Shown here one piece after another: positions 1-8,682 of a stretch of 32,000 nt of DNA. Numbering within the stretch: the stretch's first letter is position 1; each line of letters opens with the position of its first letter. A program made the translations under genes and the position numbers. The notes beneath the pieces were generated by a model. That model was not told where the DNA came from. It searched no databases and was given only the letters and a program-made list of their open reading frames with translations. Origin of the DNA: Paenibacillus sp. (GTDB lineage: Bacteria > Bacillota > Bacilli > Paenibacillales > Paenibacillaceae); NCBI RefSeq assembly GCF_048976745.1, contig NZ_JBHGUU010000024.1, forward strand, positions 395,057 through 427,056, written 5' to 3'.

Positions 1-357
1 CAAAGCATCTCAATGATCACACTTGACGATTACGAAGCACGACAAATTGCTGCTATTGTTGGTGGATTAACTTACAAACCAAAGCAGCTTGAAAATATTG
101 AAGTCACGTTTGATGACCTGATTATTGAGTGGTACAAAATCGAACCAACCTTTGGATGTATCGGTAAATCCATCGGTGAATTGGATGTACGTCAAAACTC
201 TGGGGCAACGGTTATTGCCGTTGTAGAGAAAAATCACAAAAAACATATCAGCCCAGGTCCGGAGGTAGTTATCAGTGCAGAATCCACGGTGGTAGCCGTT
301 GGCGAACGCAATCAGCAGAAACTGTTTAAATCCCTCCTCCTGACTGGAAGGGGGTAA
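1..357 (+). CDS. khtT: K+/H+ antiporter regulatory subunit KhtT-like (TrkA-C/RCK_C domain), 5'-truncated by the window edge
   Basis: Frame 1 is open from base 1 (CAA AGC ATC TCA ATG), so the gene begins upstream of the window. The translation (LDDYEARQIAAIVGG...DLIIEWYKIE...GELDVRQNSGATVIAV) is collinear with the C-terminal half of B. subtilis KhtT/YhaT as I recall it. The stop lies 4 nt before the antiporter gene. Confidence 0.8.
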   Translation, partial: QSISMITLDDYEARQIAAIVGGLTYKPKQLENIEVTFDDLIIEWYKIEPTFGCIGKSIGELDVRQNSGATVIAVVEKNHKKHISPGPEVVISAESTVVAVGERNQQKLFKSLLLTGRG

Positions 358-361
358 ATAG

Positions 362-1600
362 ATGGATCATTTGATATTCGAAGTAGGTCTGGCCCTTGTG
401 CTCATTGCGGCAGCCGGCCTTTTATCGGCAAAACTAAGATTTTCGGTCGTTCCGTTTTATATTCTGATCGGGATGGCCGTTGGACCACATGCCATGAAAA
501 TCTGGCATCTGGACTTCCGCTTCATTGAAAGTCAGCCTTTTATTGATTTCATGGGCCGGATCGGTATTCTGTTCCTTCTCTTCTACCTTGGACTTGAATT
601 CTCGGTAGGTCGTTTAATTAAATCGGGTCGCTCTATTGCAGTTGGCGGCTCGATCTACATCGGGATTAACTTTACGCTGGGATTAATATTCGGATTTATG
701 TCCGGTTTCCCCGTTGCAGAAGCACTTATTATCGCAGGTATAACTACCATCTCTTCCAGTGCCATTGTGGCCAAGGTACTCGTCGATTTGAAACGAACGG
801 CCAATCCGGAAACCGAGATGATACTCGGAATTATTATGTTCGAAGATGTATTCCTCGCTGTATATATCTCGATCTTATCCGGACTTGTGCTTAGTGATTC
901 ATCCTCCATCGGAGGCGTCATCATGTCCGCACTTATTGCCCTCGGATTCATGCTTATTGTGATTATCCTGGGACGCAAAGCAACACCGCTACTAAACAAA
1001 TTGCTTAAAATCCGATCAAATGAGTTATTCTCTCTCGTTGTATTTGGAGCCTTGTTCCTGGTAGCCGGTTTCTCAGAAACCATTCATGTTGCCGAAGCGA
1101 TTGGTGCATTACTGGTTGGACTGGTGCTTGCTGAAACAGAGCATGCGAAACGGATTGAGCACTTGATTCTGCCTTTCCGTGACTTCTTCGGAGCCATCTT
1201 CTTCTTTAGCTTTGGATTGTCCATTGATCCGTTGTCCCTGGGTGGCGAAGCCGTGTGGTTGGCTCTGATTGCAGTAGTTATTACATTGTTCGGTAACTTC
1301 CTGGCAGGTATGCTGGCCGGACGCAGTGCAGGACTATCACCAAAAGCATCGGCCAACATTGGATTAACCATTGTGTCACGTGGTGAATTTTCCATCATCT
1401 TGGCCAACATGGGTAAAGCCGGAGGACTGCTGCCAATGATTCAACCGTTTGCCGCGCTGTATGTCCTAATTCTGGCCATTCTGGGTCCTTTATTAACCAA
1501 AGAGTCCAAACATGTATTCCGTTTATTGGATAAACTATTCAAGTTCAAAGATCCTCGGAAAAAGAAGGAAGAACCGAAGGTTCTGCAGAAAGAAGGATAA
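362..1600 (+). CDS. khtU: Cation:proton antiporter, CPA2 family (KhtU-like K+/H+ antiporter)
   Basis: 412-aa polytopic membrane protein with Na+/H+-exchanger-family character. It follows the KhtT-like gene directly, as in B. subtilis khtSTU. SD GAAGGGGG sits upstream of the ATG at 362. The antisense track ORFs inside it are rejected. Confidence 0.85.
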   Translation: MDHLIFEVGLALVLIAAAGLLSAKLRFSVVPFYILIGMAVGPHAMKIWHLDFRFIESQPFIDFMGRIGILFLLFYLGLEFSVGRLIKSGRSIAVGGSIYIGINFTLGLIFGFMSGFPVAEALIIAGITTISSSAIVAKVLVDLKRTANPETEMILGIIMFEDVFLAVYISILSGLVLSDSSSIGGVIMSALIALGFMLIVIILGRKATPLLNKLLKIRSNELFSLVVFGALFLVAGFSETIHVAEAIGALLVGLVLAETEHAKRIEHLILPFRDFFGAIFFFSFGLSIDPLSLGGEAVWLALIAVVITLFGNFLAGMLAGRSAGLSPKASANIGLTIVSRGEFSIILANMGKAGGLLPMIQPFAALYVLILAILGPLLTKESKHVFRLLDKLFKFKDPRKKKEEPKVLQKEG

Positions 1601-1605
1601 TGCCC

Positions 1606-1640
1606 ATGTCTGTGCAGAACAGACATACTATCGTATTTCG
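1606..1640 (+). terminator. Possible weak intrinsic terminator after khtU
   Basis: Hairpin ATGTCTG (1606-1612) / CAGACAT (1620-1626) with a 7-nt loop. The tail ACTATCGTATTTCG is only moderately T-rich. Confidence 0.3.
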
Positions 1641-1712
1641 CGGCTCTACGCCGATCTTTCTGTGACTAACCCAGGGAGAATGGCTCGAAAGCCGCACAAA
1701 GGAGGCTGACCT

Positions 1713-2618
1713 ATGAAAGCACCTCTGATATCGGCTAATCCGGTGCCAAACACCGCCAAGACCAGAATATCGTCAACCCGCCGCTGGTTAAACCTGTTGC
1801 TTGTGATTGTCGGTGGAATTCTGGCCTCCGTGGGACTTGAATTGTTCTTACACCCCAATAAGATCATTATTGGAGGCATTACAGGCATTTCCTCCCTGTT
1901 CGCCCACTGGACTGAAATGAGAATTGGATTATTCCTATTTTTATTCAATGTTCCGTTTATATTTCTGTCCTACAAGATTGTGCAGAAGAAATTTGTACTG
2001 GTTACTGTTCTGGGTCTGGTTGTCTTTTCGATCGGTGCCATTGTGCTTCATCCCATGCCGCCACTTGTAGAGCACCCGCTGGCTGCCGCCATGTTTGGCG
2101 GATTATGCCTCGGACTTGGAATTGGACTCGTCGTGCGGTATGGTGGGACACTGGATACGCTGGAAATCGGTGATCCGTCTTCCCGTCCACCTGAACGTGT
2201 ATTTAGCGGAAAACGGATGCTTATCGAAAAAATAATCATGCTACTTAACTTGTTGATACTGACAGCCGCTGGTGTTGTCTTTGGCTGGGACCAAGCGATG
2301 TATTCCGTAATCGCCTACCTTATTGCTTATGAAATGGTGTACATTGCGTTCAGGGGCTTCTCTTCCAAACGCAAAGTATGCATTTTGACCACACAAAGCT
2401 CTCAAGTTGAAAAAGCTGTACGCAAACGGCTGCGCCGTGAACCTGGAACACTGGAAGCTACTTCTGACTCAACACAACTCGCGATGGCGGAAGGATGGAT
2501 CAGGCAGATCCCGGGTGCACTTTATTATGAGGTACATGTCCTGGAGTTGATCTGGTTGAAGTCCATTGTGCGTCACATTGATCCCCATGCGGGCATTATG
2601 ACGAATCCGGAAAAATAA
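1713..2618 (+). CDS. YitT family membrane protein (DUF161-type repeats plus C-terminal DUF2179-like domain)
   Basis: SD AAAGGAGG lies 7 nt before the ATG. It has multiple TM segments and the GGITGISSL and RYGGTLDTLEI motifs typical of YitT-family proteins, plus a soluble C-terminal domain. Confidence 0.75.
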   Translation: MKAPLISANPVPNTAKTRISSTRRWLNLLLVIVGGILASVGLELFLHPNKIIIGGITGISSLFAHWTEMRIGLFLFLFNVPFIFLSYKIVQKKFVLVTVLGLVVFSIGAIVLHPMPPLVEHPLAAAMFGGLCLGLGIGLVVRYGGTLDTLEIGDPSSRPPERVFSGKRMLIEKIIMLLNLLILTAAGVVFGWDQAMYSVIAYLIAYEMVYIAFRGFSSKRKVCILTTQSSQVEKAVRKRLRREPGTLEATSDSTQLAMAEGWIRQIPGALYYEVHVLELIWLKSIVRHIDPHAGIMTNPEK

Positions 2619-2683
2619 AAAAACGCTCTCTTACCCTATGGATGGACAGTATTGTCCAACAAGGTCAGAGAGCGTTTTTTTTG
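2619..2683. terminator. Bidirectional rho-independent terminator between the convergent yitT-like and dehydrogenase genes
   Basis: Stem AACGCTCTCT (2622-2631) / AGAGAGCGTT (2667-2676) with an inner hairpin GGACA-GTAT-TGTCC. An A-run lies upstream and T8 downstream. Confidence 0.8.
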
Positions 2684-2702
2684 TTATCAGACTTAGTAGT
2701 GA

Positions 2703-3716
2703 TTATAGTTCAACGATGGCTTTGACTACATGTGAATCTGGCAATAACCATTGGTCCATTGCAGAAGGCAACGCATCAAACTCCACTCGGTGTGTGATAT
2801 AACCATCCATGCTTAATTTCTTTTGACGCAAGGTGGACAGGACCTGTTCAAAATCTTCACGGGTTGCGTTTCGACTACCCAGGATGCTCATCTCCCGCTT
2901 GTGAAACTCAGGATCATGAAAGGTAATATCCGCTTTCACCAGCCCTACAAAAATGAGTTGACCACTATGCGCCACATATTGAATGGCCTCGTTCATGGAA
3001 TTCACGTTACCGGTTGCATCGAAGACAGCCGTAGCATAGTCGCCTCCCGTGATTTCAGCGACTTGTTGCACCGTATGTTCATTGGCCTGTACAAGGTCAT
3101 CCGCTCCGGCCCAAGTCCGGCTAAGCTCCAGCCTGTCCAGATTACGATCAACGGCGATAACACGGGCTCCCGCCTGTTTGGAAAACGCCATCACGCCAAG
3201 TCCAATAGGGCCGGCTCCAATAACAATCACATGCTCACCAGGCTTGATTCCCGCTCTCCTGACGGCATGGGCTCCAATGCTTAATGGTTCAACCATTGCT
3301 GTCTCATCCAGTGTCAAACCTTCTGCTGAGAGCAGATGTGAGACAGGCACACTGATCCTTTCTCTCATGCCTCCGTCCACGTGCACACCCATGACTTGCA
3401 TGGACGCACAACAATTGGTTTTTCCACTGCGACATGCAATACAATGACCGCAATGCAGATACGGAATAATACTTACCTGATCCCCTGGTTGTAGCCCTGC
3501 ATCGTTCGGACCGATCTCTTCAATAACAGCAGCCAGTTCATGACCAAGTACGCGAGGATAGGTAAAGAATGGCTGATTGCCTTTGTACGCATGCAGATCC
3601 GTTCCACAGATCCCAATTCGTCGAATGGCAACCAATGCCTCCCCTTCTGCTCGTTCCGGTTGAGGCAGATCTTTCAGCTCCAAACGGTCTATTTCTTCAC
3701 ATACAATGGCTCTCAT
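2703..3716 (-). CDS. Zinc-dependent MDR-family dehydrogenase, L-galactonate 5-dehydrogenase (LgoD/YjjN)-like
   Basis: 337 aa. Motifs: ICGTDLHAYKGNQPFFTYPRVLGHE, a structural-Zn Cys cluster CGHCIACRSGKTNCC, and a Rossmann GAGPIGLG. From memory it is collinear over its length with E. coli YjjN/LgoD. The ATG overlaps the upstream gene's stop (ATGA at 3713-3716). Confidence 0.8.
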   Translation of the reverse strand: MRAIVCEEIDRLELKDLPQPERAEGEALVAIRRIGICGTDLHAYKGNQPFFTYPRVLGHELAAVIEEIGPNDAGLQPGDQVSIIPYLHCGHCIACRSGKTNCCASMQVMGVHVDGGMRERISVPVSHLLSAEGLTLDETAMVEPLSIGAHAVRRAGIKPGEHVIVIGAGPIGLGVMAFSKQAGARVIAVDRNLDRLELSRTWAGADDLVQANEHTVQQVAEITGGDYATAVFDATGNVNSMNEAIQYVAHSGQLIFVGLVKADITFHDPEFHKREMSILGSRNATREDFEQVLSTLRQKKLSMDGYITHRVEFDALPSAMDQWLLPDSHVVKAIVEL

Positions 3717-4693
3717 CCTTGTTCCCCCTTGGACGCTTCTGATGTCATGTTGTTATGCTTTGTATTATTATATTCAGGACGTCCGCTTGACCACGTCTCA
3801 TTATGCAACGGTGCCAGAATGCGCAGTACTTCCTCCAGTAGACTCTGATCCAACGGTTCTTCGATCCATGCTGCATTGTTGACGATATTATGCTGACTGG
3901 CACTGCTCACCAGTGTTGTAGGAATACGTTCATTCGACGTGGAGAATTGTACGGCCAGCTTGGCAATGTCACTGCCTTGTTCTGCACAGAAGCGGGCAGC
4001 TTTCAGGCAGAGCTCTTTCACCCATTCATCTGCCGGATGCCAGGCAGGAGCACCTCGGGTACTTAACAAGCCCATAGAAAGAGGCGAAGCATTCACAAGG
4101 CCAATTTCTTTCTTTTCCAACAAAGGCAACAAAGACAACAATGAGGTATCGTTCAATGAATAATGACAATACGAGATGATCGCATCTGCATCAATCTGTG
4201 GCAGTACCTTCTCGAATAACGGCAAGGGCAATCCACAAATGCCCGCATGACGAATAACTCCCTGCTCTTTCAGACGCAGCAATGTTGGAAAAGCTTCTTC
4301 GATAATAATTTCTGCTGGCACAAATTCAATATCATGCAGGAACAGAATGTCGATATAGTCTGTATGCAGTCGATCCAGGCTTTCCTGTACACTATTGAGA
4401 ATGCGCTTACGTGAAAAATCAAACTCATTTTCCCCATACCGTCCGGCTTTGGTTGATAACATATATGAACTGCGCGGCAAGCTGCGGATGGCTTCACCCA
4501 ACACCATCTCCGCCTTTGTCAGTCCGTAGTAGGGCGAAACGTCTATGTAATTCATCCCCGCATCTACGGCCGCATGTACAGTGCGAATCCCTTCGTCCCG
4601 GTCAATGTCACGAAATACAGAACCGAGAGAGGATGCTCCAAAGCTCAATACAGGTACGTTCAGTTTTGTCTTGCCAAGTATTCTTCTTTTCAT
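3713..4693 (-). CDS. Aldo/keto reductase, L-galactose / L-fucose 1-dehydrogenase-like
   Basis: 326 aa. SD GGAAGGGG lies 7 nt before the ATG. Motifs FGASSLGSVF, SPYYG, TKAGRY..FDFS, DYIDILFLHDIEF, SYCHYSLND and ASPLSMGLLSTRGAPAWHPA are collinear with the plant-type L-galactose dehydrogenase subgroup of AKRs, as I recall it. Confidence 0.8.
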   Translation of the reverse strand: MKRRILGKTKLNVPVLSFGASSLGSVFRDIDRDEGIRTVHAAVDAGMNYIDVSPYYGLTKAEMVLGEAIRSLPRSSYMLSTKAGRYGENEFDFSRKRILNSVQESLDRLHTDYIDILFLHDIEFVPAEIIIEEAFPTLLRLKEQGVIRHAGICGLPLPLFEKVLPQIDADAIISYCHYSLNDTSLLSLLPLLEKKEIGLVNASPLSMGLLSTRGAPAWHPADEWVKELCLKAARFCAEQGSDIAKLAVQFSTSNERIPTTLVSSASQHNIVNNAAWIEEPLDQSLLEEVLRILAPLHNETWSSGRPEYNNTKHNNMTSEASKGEQG

Positions 4694-4737
4694 TGGTTTT
4701 CCCCTTCCAGCATGTCTGACTACACAAGTTCCCTTTC

Positions 4738-4746
4738 ATTGTAACA
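4738..4746 (-). promoter_or_regulatory. Extended -10 promoter (TGtTACAAT) for the AKR/dehydrogenase operon
   Basis: The minus strand reads TGTTACAAT about 40 nt upstream of the AKR start. There is no good -35. Confidence 0.35.
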
Positions 4747-4810
4747 GTTCAATTTCAATATAAAATATCGGCAATTGCGTAACATGTACTGTTTGATGAC
4801 CTCGATCCGC

Positions 4811-4862
4811 GGAAAAAAGCAAAAAGCCCGCCGTCTCTCCTTAACGGAGTAGTCAGCGGGCT
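4811..4862 (-). terminator. Rho-independent terminator downstream of mqnC
   Basis: Minus strand: stem AGCCCGC / GCGGGCT (plus-strand coordinates 4856-4862 and 4825-4831) enclosing a second small helix, followed by TTTTGCTTTTTT. Confidence 0.75.
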
Positions 4863-4923
4863 TGGATTCATAACTACTCACCTGACGATAAGTAGTTACG
4901 AGAGTAGTAGTAAAAAAATATAA

Positions 4924-6060
4924 TTAGTTCTGCATTACGAAATCTTCATGCACGGAATTCTCTTCGTCGAACATACGCACAATCTCGTATCGGGTGTTAC
5001 GTTGGGCCGGAATATAACCGGACTCTCGAATCAAACGCAGAATGGATTCAATATTAACTTTGTAAGTTGCACCAGCAGCAGATACAACGTTCTCTTCAAT
5101 CATGGTGCTACCGAAGTCATTGCAGCCAAATTCAAGCGACTTCTTACCAATCTCAGGACCCATGGTTACCCAAGAGGATTGAATGTTCTTGATATTATCC
5201 AGCACCAGTCGGCTGATGGCTACAGTTTTCAAGTACTCTTCCGGAGTCTGACGCTCTAGCTTAAGGTTGGTATTGTCCGGCTGGAAAGTCCAAGGAATAA
5301 ACGCCAGGAAACCTTCGGAATCATACTTGTTCGCAATACATTCGTCCTGAGCTTCACGTACACGGAGCAAGTGTAGTGCACGCTCTTCCATTGATTCACC
5401 AAGGCCGATAACCATCGTTGCCGTGGTGTTCATACCGATGCGGTGTGCAGTTTGCATAACGTCCATCCAATCCCGCCATGAACCTTTCAAGCGGCTGATT
5501 TTCCGACGTGTGCGGTCATCCAGAATTTCAGCGCCGCCGCCAGGCAAGGAATCCAGTCCAGCTTCGTGAATGGCACGAACAACCTCTTCCAATGTAAGAC
5601 CATCGGATACTTCAACCATTTTCATAATCTCCGCTGGGGAGAAAGAGTGCATCGTGATGTTTGGGAAACGCTCTTTGATCGCTTTCAGCAGGTCTGTATA
5701 ATAGCTGAAAGGCAAGTTTGGATTCGTTCCACCCTGCATCAAAATCTCAGTACCATTCACATCTTCCGTTTCCTGAATCTTCTGGAAGATCACTTCGTCC
5801 GGAAGTACATAACCTTCATCCGAACCAGGTCTGCGATAGAAAGCACAAAAACGGCAGTACACATCACACACGTTCGTGTAGTTGACGTTACGCCCAATTA
5901 CAAATGTTCTGTATGGTTCAGGGTGCATACGTTTCATAATGACATTAGCAGCTGCCCCGATTTTGTCCACTTCATTGGATTCAAATAACTGAATCGTGTC
6001 TTCCAAGTCCAAACGTTCGCCCCGAAGGGCTTTATCTAAGATACGGTCTACCGTACTCAT
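4924..6060 (-). CDS. mqnC: Cyclic dehypoxanthinyl futalosine synthase (radical SAM, futalosine menaquinone pathway)
   Basis: It has the radical-SAM motif NVCDVYCRFCAF and is collinear with MqnC/MqnE-family proteins (GGTNPNLPF, GLDSLPGGGAEIL, FIPWTFQP, EENVVSAAG). The start was moved from the track's 6174 to the ATG at 6060, which has SD GAGGGAGG 8 nt upstream and gives a typical length of about 378 aa. I favour MqnC over MqnE, but this is not proven. Confidence 0.8.
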   Translation of the reverse strand: MSTVDRILDKALRGERLDLEDTIQLFESNEVDKIGAAANVIMKRMHPEPYRTFVIGRNVNYTNVCDVYCRFCAFYRRPGSDEGYVLPDEVIFQKIQETEDVNGTEILMQGGTNPNLPFSYYTDLLKAIKERFPNITMHSFSPAEIMKMVEVSDGLTLEEVVRAIHEAGLDSLPGGGAEILDDRTRRKISRLKGSWRDWMDVMQTAHRIGMNTTATMVIGLGESMEERALHLLRVREAQDECIANKYDSEGFLAFIPWTFQPDNTNLKLERQTPEEYLKTVAISRLVLDNIKNIQSSWVTMGPEIGKKSLEFGCNDFGSTMIEENVVSAAGATYKVNIESILRLIRESGYIPAQRNTRYEIVRMFDEENSVHEDFVMQN

Positions 6061-6088
6061 CGTAAAAAAGCCTCCCTCATGAAGAGAA

Positions 6089-6118
6089 ATTATATAACGA
6101 TCCGTCCCAACTTGTTCA
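6089..6118 (-). promoter_or_regulatory. Candidate sigma-A promoter of mqnC (TGAACA-18-TATAAT)
   Basis: A perfect -10 TATAAT (plus-strand coordinates 6089-6094) lies about 29 nt upstream of the ATG. The -35-like TGAACA sits at an 18-nt spacing and overlaps an 8-bp perfect palindrome (6109-6131). Confidence 0.35.
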
Positions 6119-6185
6119 AGAGAAACAAGTTCTGGTGGCAACATCGTATTTCTGTACTCCACATATCGTAACACAGGTTACATGT

Positions 6186-6213
6186 GAAAAAAAGCACCTT
6201 ATGTACAGGTGCT
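6186..6213 (-). terminator. Rho-independent terminator of the met operon
   Basis: Minus strand: AGCACCT-GTACATA-AGGTGCT followed by T7 (plus-strand A-run 6186-6192), about 90 nt after the metC stop. Confidence 0.7.
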
Positions 6214-6301
6214 TTAAAAATAAGTAAAAATTTTTACATATGGAATAGAATTTATTCGAACTTAAGTGATGCGGATAGGCGTATTTGGGCACCCGCTTTT
6301 G

Positions 6302-7474
6302 CTAGGATTCCTGCAGTGCTTGTTCCAAATCTACAATGAGATCTTCGATATCTTCCAGACCTACGGAGAAACGCAGCAACCCATCTGTAATGCCACGGTC
6401 ACGGCGAACCTCAGCCGGCATTGCCGCATGAGACATCATCGCTGGGTAGGACAGAATACTCTCCACAGCTCCCAAGCTTACAGCAACAATAGGTAGCTTC
6501 ACCCGGTTAAGAACTGCTTTTGCGCGATCTCCTGAACCGACGTCAAATGAAACGACAGCTCCATATCCTGTAGACTGGCGCTCATGTGCCTCGCGGCCCG
6601 GATGATCCTCCAGTCCAGGATAAAAGACAGCGGTAATATCACTGCGCTCATTAAGCCATGCCGCAAGTTTGGCTGTGCTCCGTTCACTATGAGCCATGCG
6701 AGCCCCCAAGGTTTTCATCCCGCGCATCAGAAGCCAGGATTCTTGTGCCCCGAGTACAGTTCCAAGTCCATTTTGCAACTGTTTCAGTTGTACGCCAAGT
6801 GATTCCGTACGAGCAACGGCCAGCCCCGCTAACACATCACTGTGACCCCCGAGAAACTTGGTAGCACTATGTACGACAATATCCACACCAAGCTCAATGG
6901 GACGCTGATAGTACGGTGTCATAAAGGTGTTATCCAGAATTGTGATCAGGTCATGTTCCTTCGACCAGTCCGTCACGGCAGCGATATCCGTAATACGAAG
7001 GGTTGGGTTGGACGGTGTTTCCATATAAACTGCCTTGGTGTTTGGCTTGAGCGCCGCTTTTACTTCATCTATATTGGTCATGTCTACAAAGGTCGTCTCG
7101 ATCTGCATACGGCTTAATATAGTAGTAAGCAACCGATACGTACCTCCATAAACATCTTCCGTTACAATCATGTGATCTCCTGCGGAGAACATCATGAACA
7201 CGCTGGAGATCGCCGCCATTCCCGATGAATAGGCGAACCCCCGTGCTCCTCCCTCCAGCAGTGTGATGTAATCTTCCAGAGCCTGACGTGTCGGATTACC
7301 CGAACGACTGTAATCATGTTGAGGCGGATTGAAGATATCAAAATGATGGAAAGTTGAAGCTTGATAGATCGGTACACTGGAAGCTCCAGTTGTTTTGTCG
7401 ATTTCATCACCGAAATGAAGCAACTTGGTATCAAACTTCAACTCGGAATTCGGCTTGTTGTTGGACTCACTCAT
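6302..7474 (-). CDS. metC: Cystathionine beta-lyase (Cys/Met-metabolism PLP enzyme), MetC-like
   Basis: 390-aa PLP-dependent trans-sulfuration family protein with SATKFLGGHSD around the PLP lysine. It is the second paralog in the operon, matching the B. subtilis metI-metC order. The ATG overlaps the metI stop (ATGA at 7471-7474). Confidence 0.8.
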   Translation of the reverse strand: MSESNNKPNSELKFDTKLLHFGDEIDKTTGASSVPIYQASTFHHFDIFNPPQHDYSRSGNPTRQALEDYITLLEGGARGFAYSSGMAAISSVFMMFSAGDHMIVTEDVYGGTYRLLTTILSRMQIETTFVDMTNIDEVKAALKPNTKAVYMETPSNPTLRITDIAAVTDWSKEHDLITILDNTFMTPYYQRPIELGVDIVVHSATKFLGGHSDVLAGLAVARTESLGVQLKQLQNGLGTVLGAQESWLLMRGMKTLGARMAHSERSTAKLAAWLNERSDITAVFYPGLEDHPGREAHERQSTGYGAVVSFDVGSGDRAKAVLNRVKLPIVAVSLGAVESILSYPAMMSHAAMPAEVRRDRGITDGLLRFSVGLEDIEDLIVDLEQALQES

Positions 7475-8658
7475 GAGTGCACGCCTCCTTCAACTTCCTG
7501 CTGTGCAGCTGTCAGAGCATTGCCAAGATCCGCAATCAGATCATCCGCATGTTCAATGCCTACAGAGAACCGGAGCAGTCGATCGTCCACTCCTACGGCA
7601 TCACGAATTTCAAGCGGAATATCCGCATGTGTTTGTACCGCCGGGTAGGTCATGAGTGATTCCACTCCACCGAGACTTTCTGCAAAAGCGATCAGTTTGA
7701 TGTGACGCAGCAACGGTTCAACATAACGAGCATCCTTCACTTTGAAAGAGAAGATACCTGTGTTACCCGTAGATTGTTTATTCTGCACTTCATACCCCGG
7801 ATGATCCGACAGTCCTGGATGATACACTTCACCCACCGCTGGATGCTCAAGCAAGTATTTGGCAATGGTAAGCGCATTGTACTCATGACGCTCCATGCGA
7901 AGAGCCAGCGTTTTCATCCCTTTCATCAACTGGTAGGAGTCACTTGGAGACAATACCGCTCCAATGGAATTATGCAGGAACGCCATCTCTGCAGATAATG
8001 CCTCACCCTTGGTTATAATTAGTCCGGCCAGCACATCATTGTGTCCGCCCAGATATTTGGTAGCGCTATGAATGATGATATCGGCACCCAGTTCAATCGG
8101 ACGTTGGAAAAATGGAGTCAACAACGTGTTGTCAACAATGGTCAACAAGTTGTAACTTTTCGCCCAGGAAGCAACGGCTTCCACATCGGTGATCATCATC
8201 AGTGGATTGGTTGGTGTCTCAATAAATACAGCTTTGGTATTCGGCTGACGAACCTTCTCCAGTGCTGCAAGGTCATTCGTGTCCACATAACTTGCGGTTA
8301 CACCGAAACGGGACAAGATGCGTTCAAGCAGACGATAGGTTCCACCATACAGATCCAGCGATACAATCAGATGATCCCCTTGACCAAACATGGCAAAAAT
8401 CGTTTGCAGTGCGGCCATACCTGAGCTACAGGCGAACCCTGCATCACCGGACTCCAGCGCTGCAGCCGCTTCTTCCAACACTTTACGGGTTGGATTCGTT
8501 GTACGAATATAATCAAACCCCGTGCTTTGTCCAAGCTTCGGGTGGCGAAACGCAGTGGATTGATAGATCGGAAAGTTAATGGCCCCTGTTACCGGTTCAT
8601 TGATGGACCCAATTTGTGCTAAGCGGCTTTCGATTTTCAACTTGCTGTTGTCTTCCAT
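7471..8658 (-). CDS. metI: Cystathionine gamma-synthase / O-acetylhomoserine thiolyase, MetI-like
   Basis: 395-aa PLP-dependent trans-sulfuration family protein (SATKYLGGHND). SD GGAGG lies 8 nt before the ATG at 8658. It sits directly downstream of metA under the S-box. Confidence 0.8.
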   Translation of the reverse strand: MEDNSKLKIESRLAQIGSINEPVTGAINFPIYQSTAFRHPKLGQSTGFDYIRTTNPTRKVLEEAAAALESGDAGFACSSGMAALQTIFAMFGQGDHLIVSLDLYGGTYRLLERILSRFGVTASYVDTNDLAALEKVRQPNTKAVFIETPTNPLMMITDVEAVASWAKSYNLLTIVDNTLLTPFFQRPIELGADIIIHSATKYLGGHNDVLAGLIITKGEALSAEMAFLHNSIGAVLSPSDSYQLMKGMKTLALRMERHEYNALTIAKYLLEHPAVGEVYHPGLSDHPGYEVQNKQSTGNTGIFSFKVKDARYVEPLLRHIKLIAFAESLGGVESLMTYPAVQTHADIPLEIRDAVGVDDRLLRFSVGIEHADDLIADLGNALTAAQQEVEGGVHS

Positions 8659-8682
8659 TGCTGCATCCTCCTGTAATCTCGA

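Noticed and set aside
655-1626. Minus-strand ORFs of 142, 108 and 61 aa inside and after khtU. The same class of shadow frames sits opposite the dehydrogenase, metC/metI, fructokinase, glycosidase and mutS2 genes.
   Set aside because: All of them overlap strongly supported genes on the opposite strand. They lack SD sequences and have biased, non-protein-like composition.
1640-1712. Small riboswitch upstream of the YitT-family gene (helix GCGGCT 1640-1645 / AGCCGC 1690-1695 enclosing about 45 nt)
   Set aside because: I compared it mentally with the guanidine-I/II/III, preQ1 and fluoride motifs and none fits. A single 6-bp closing helix is not enough evidence. It may simply be leader structure.
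4924-6174. N-terminal extensions in the ORF track. Examples: mqnC from 6174, metA from 9642, the ArsC-family gene from 16851, the exonuclease from 16454, dedA from 18849, the oxidoreductase from 23858, MFS from 26562, and the cupredoxin gene from 30859.
   Set aside because: In each case the extension lacks an SD, runs over a promoter, terminator or neighbouring gene, and adds residues not found in the family. An internal start with a GGAGG-type SD at 5-12 nt restores the normal N-terminus.
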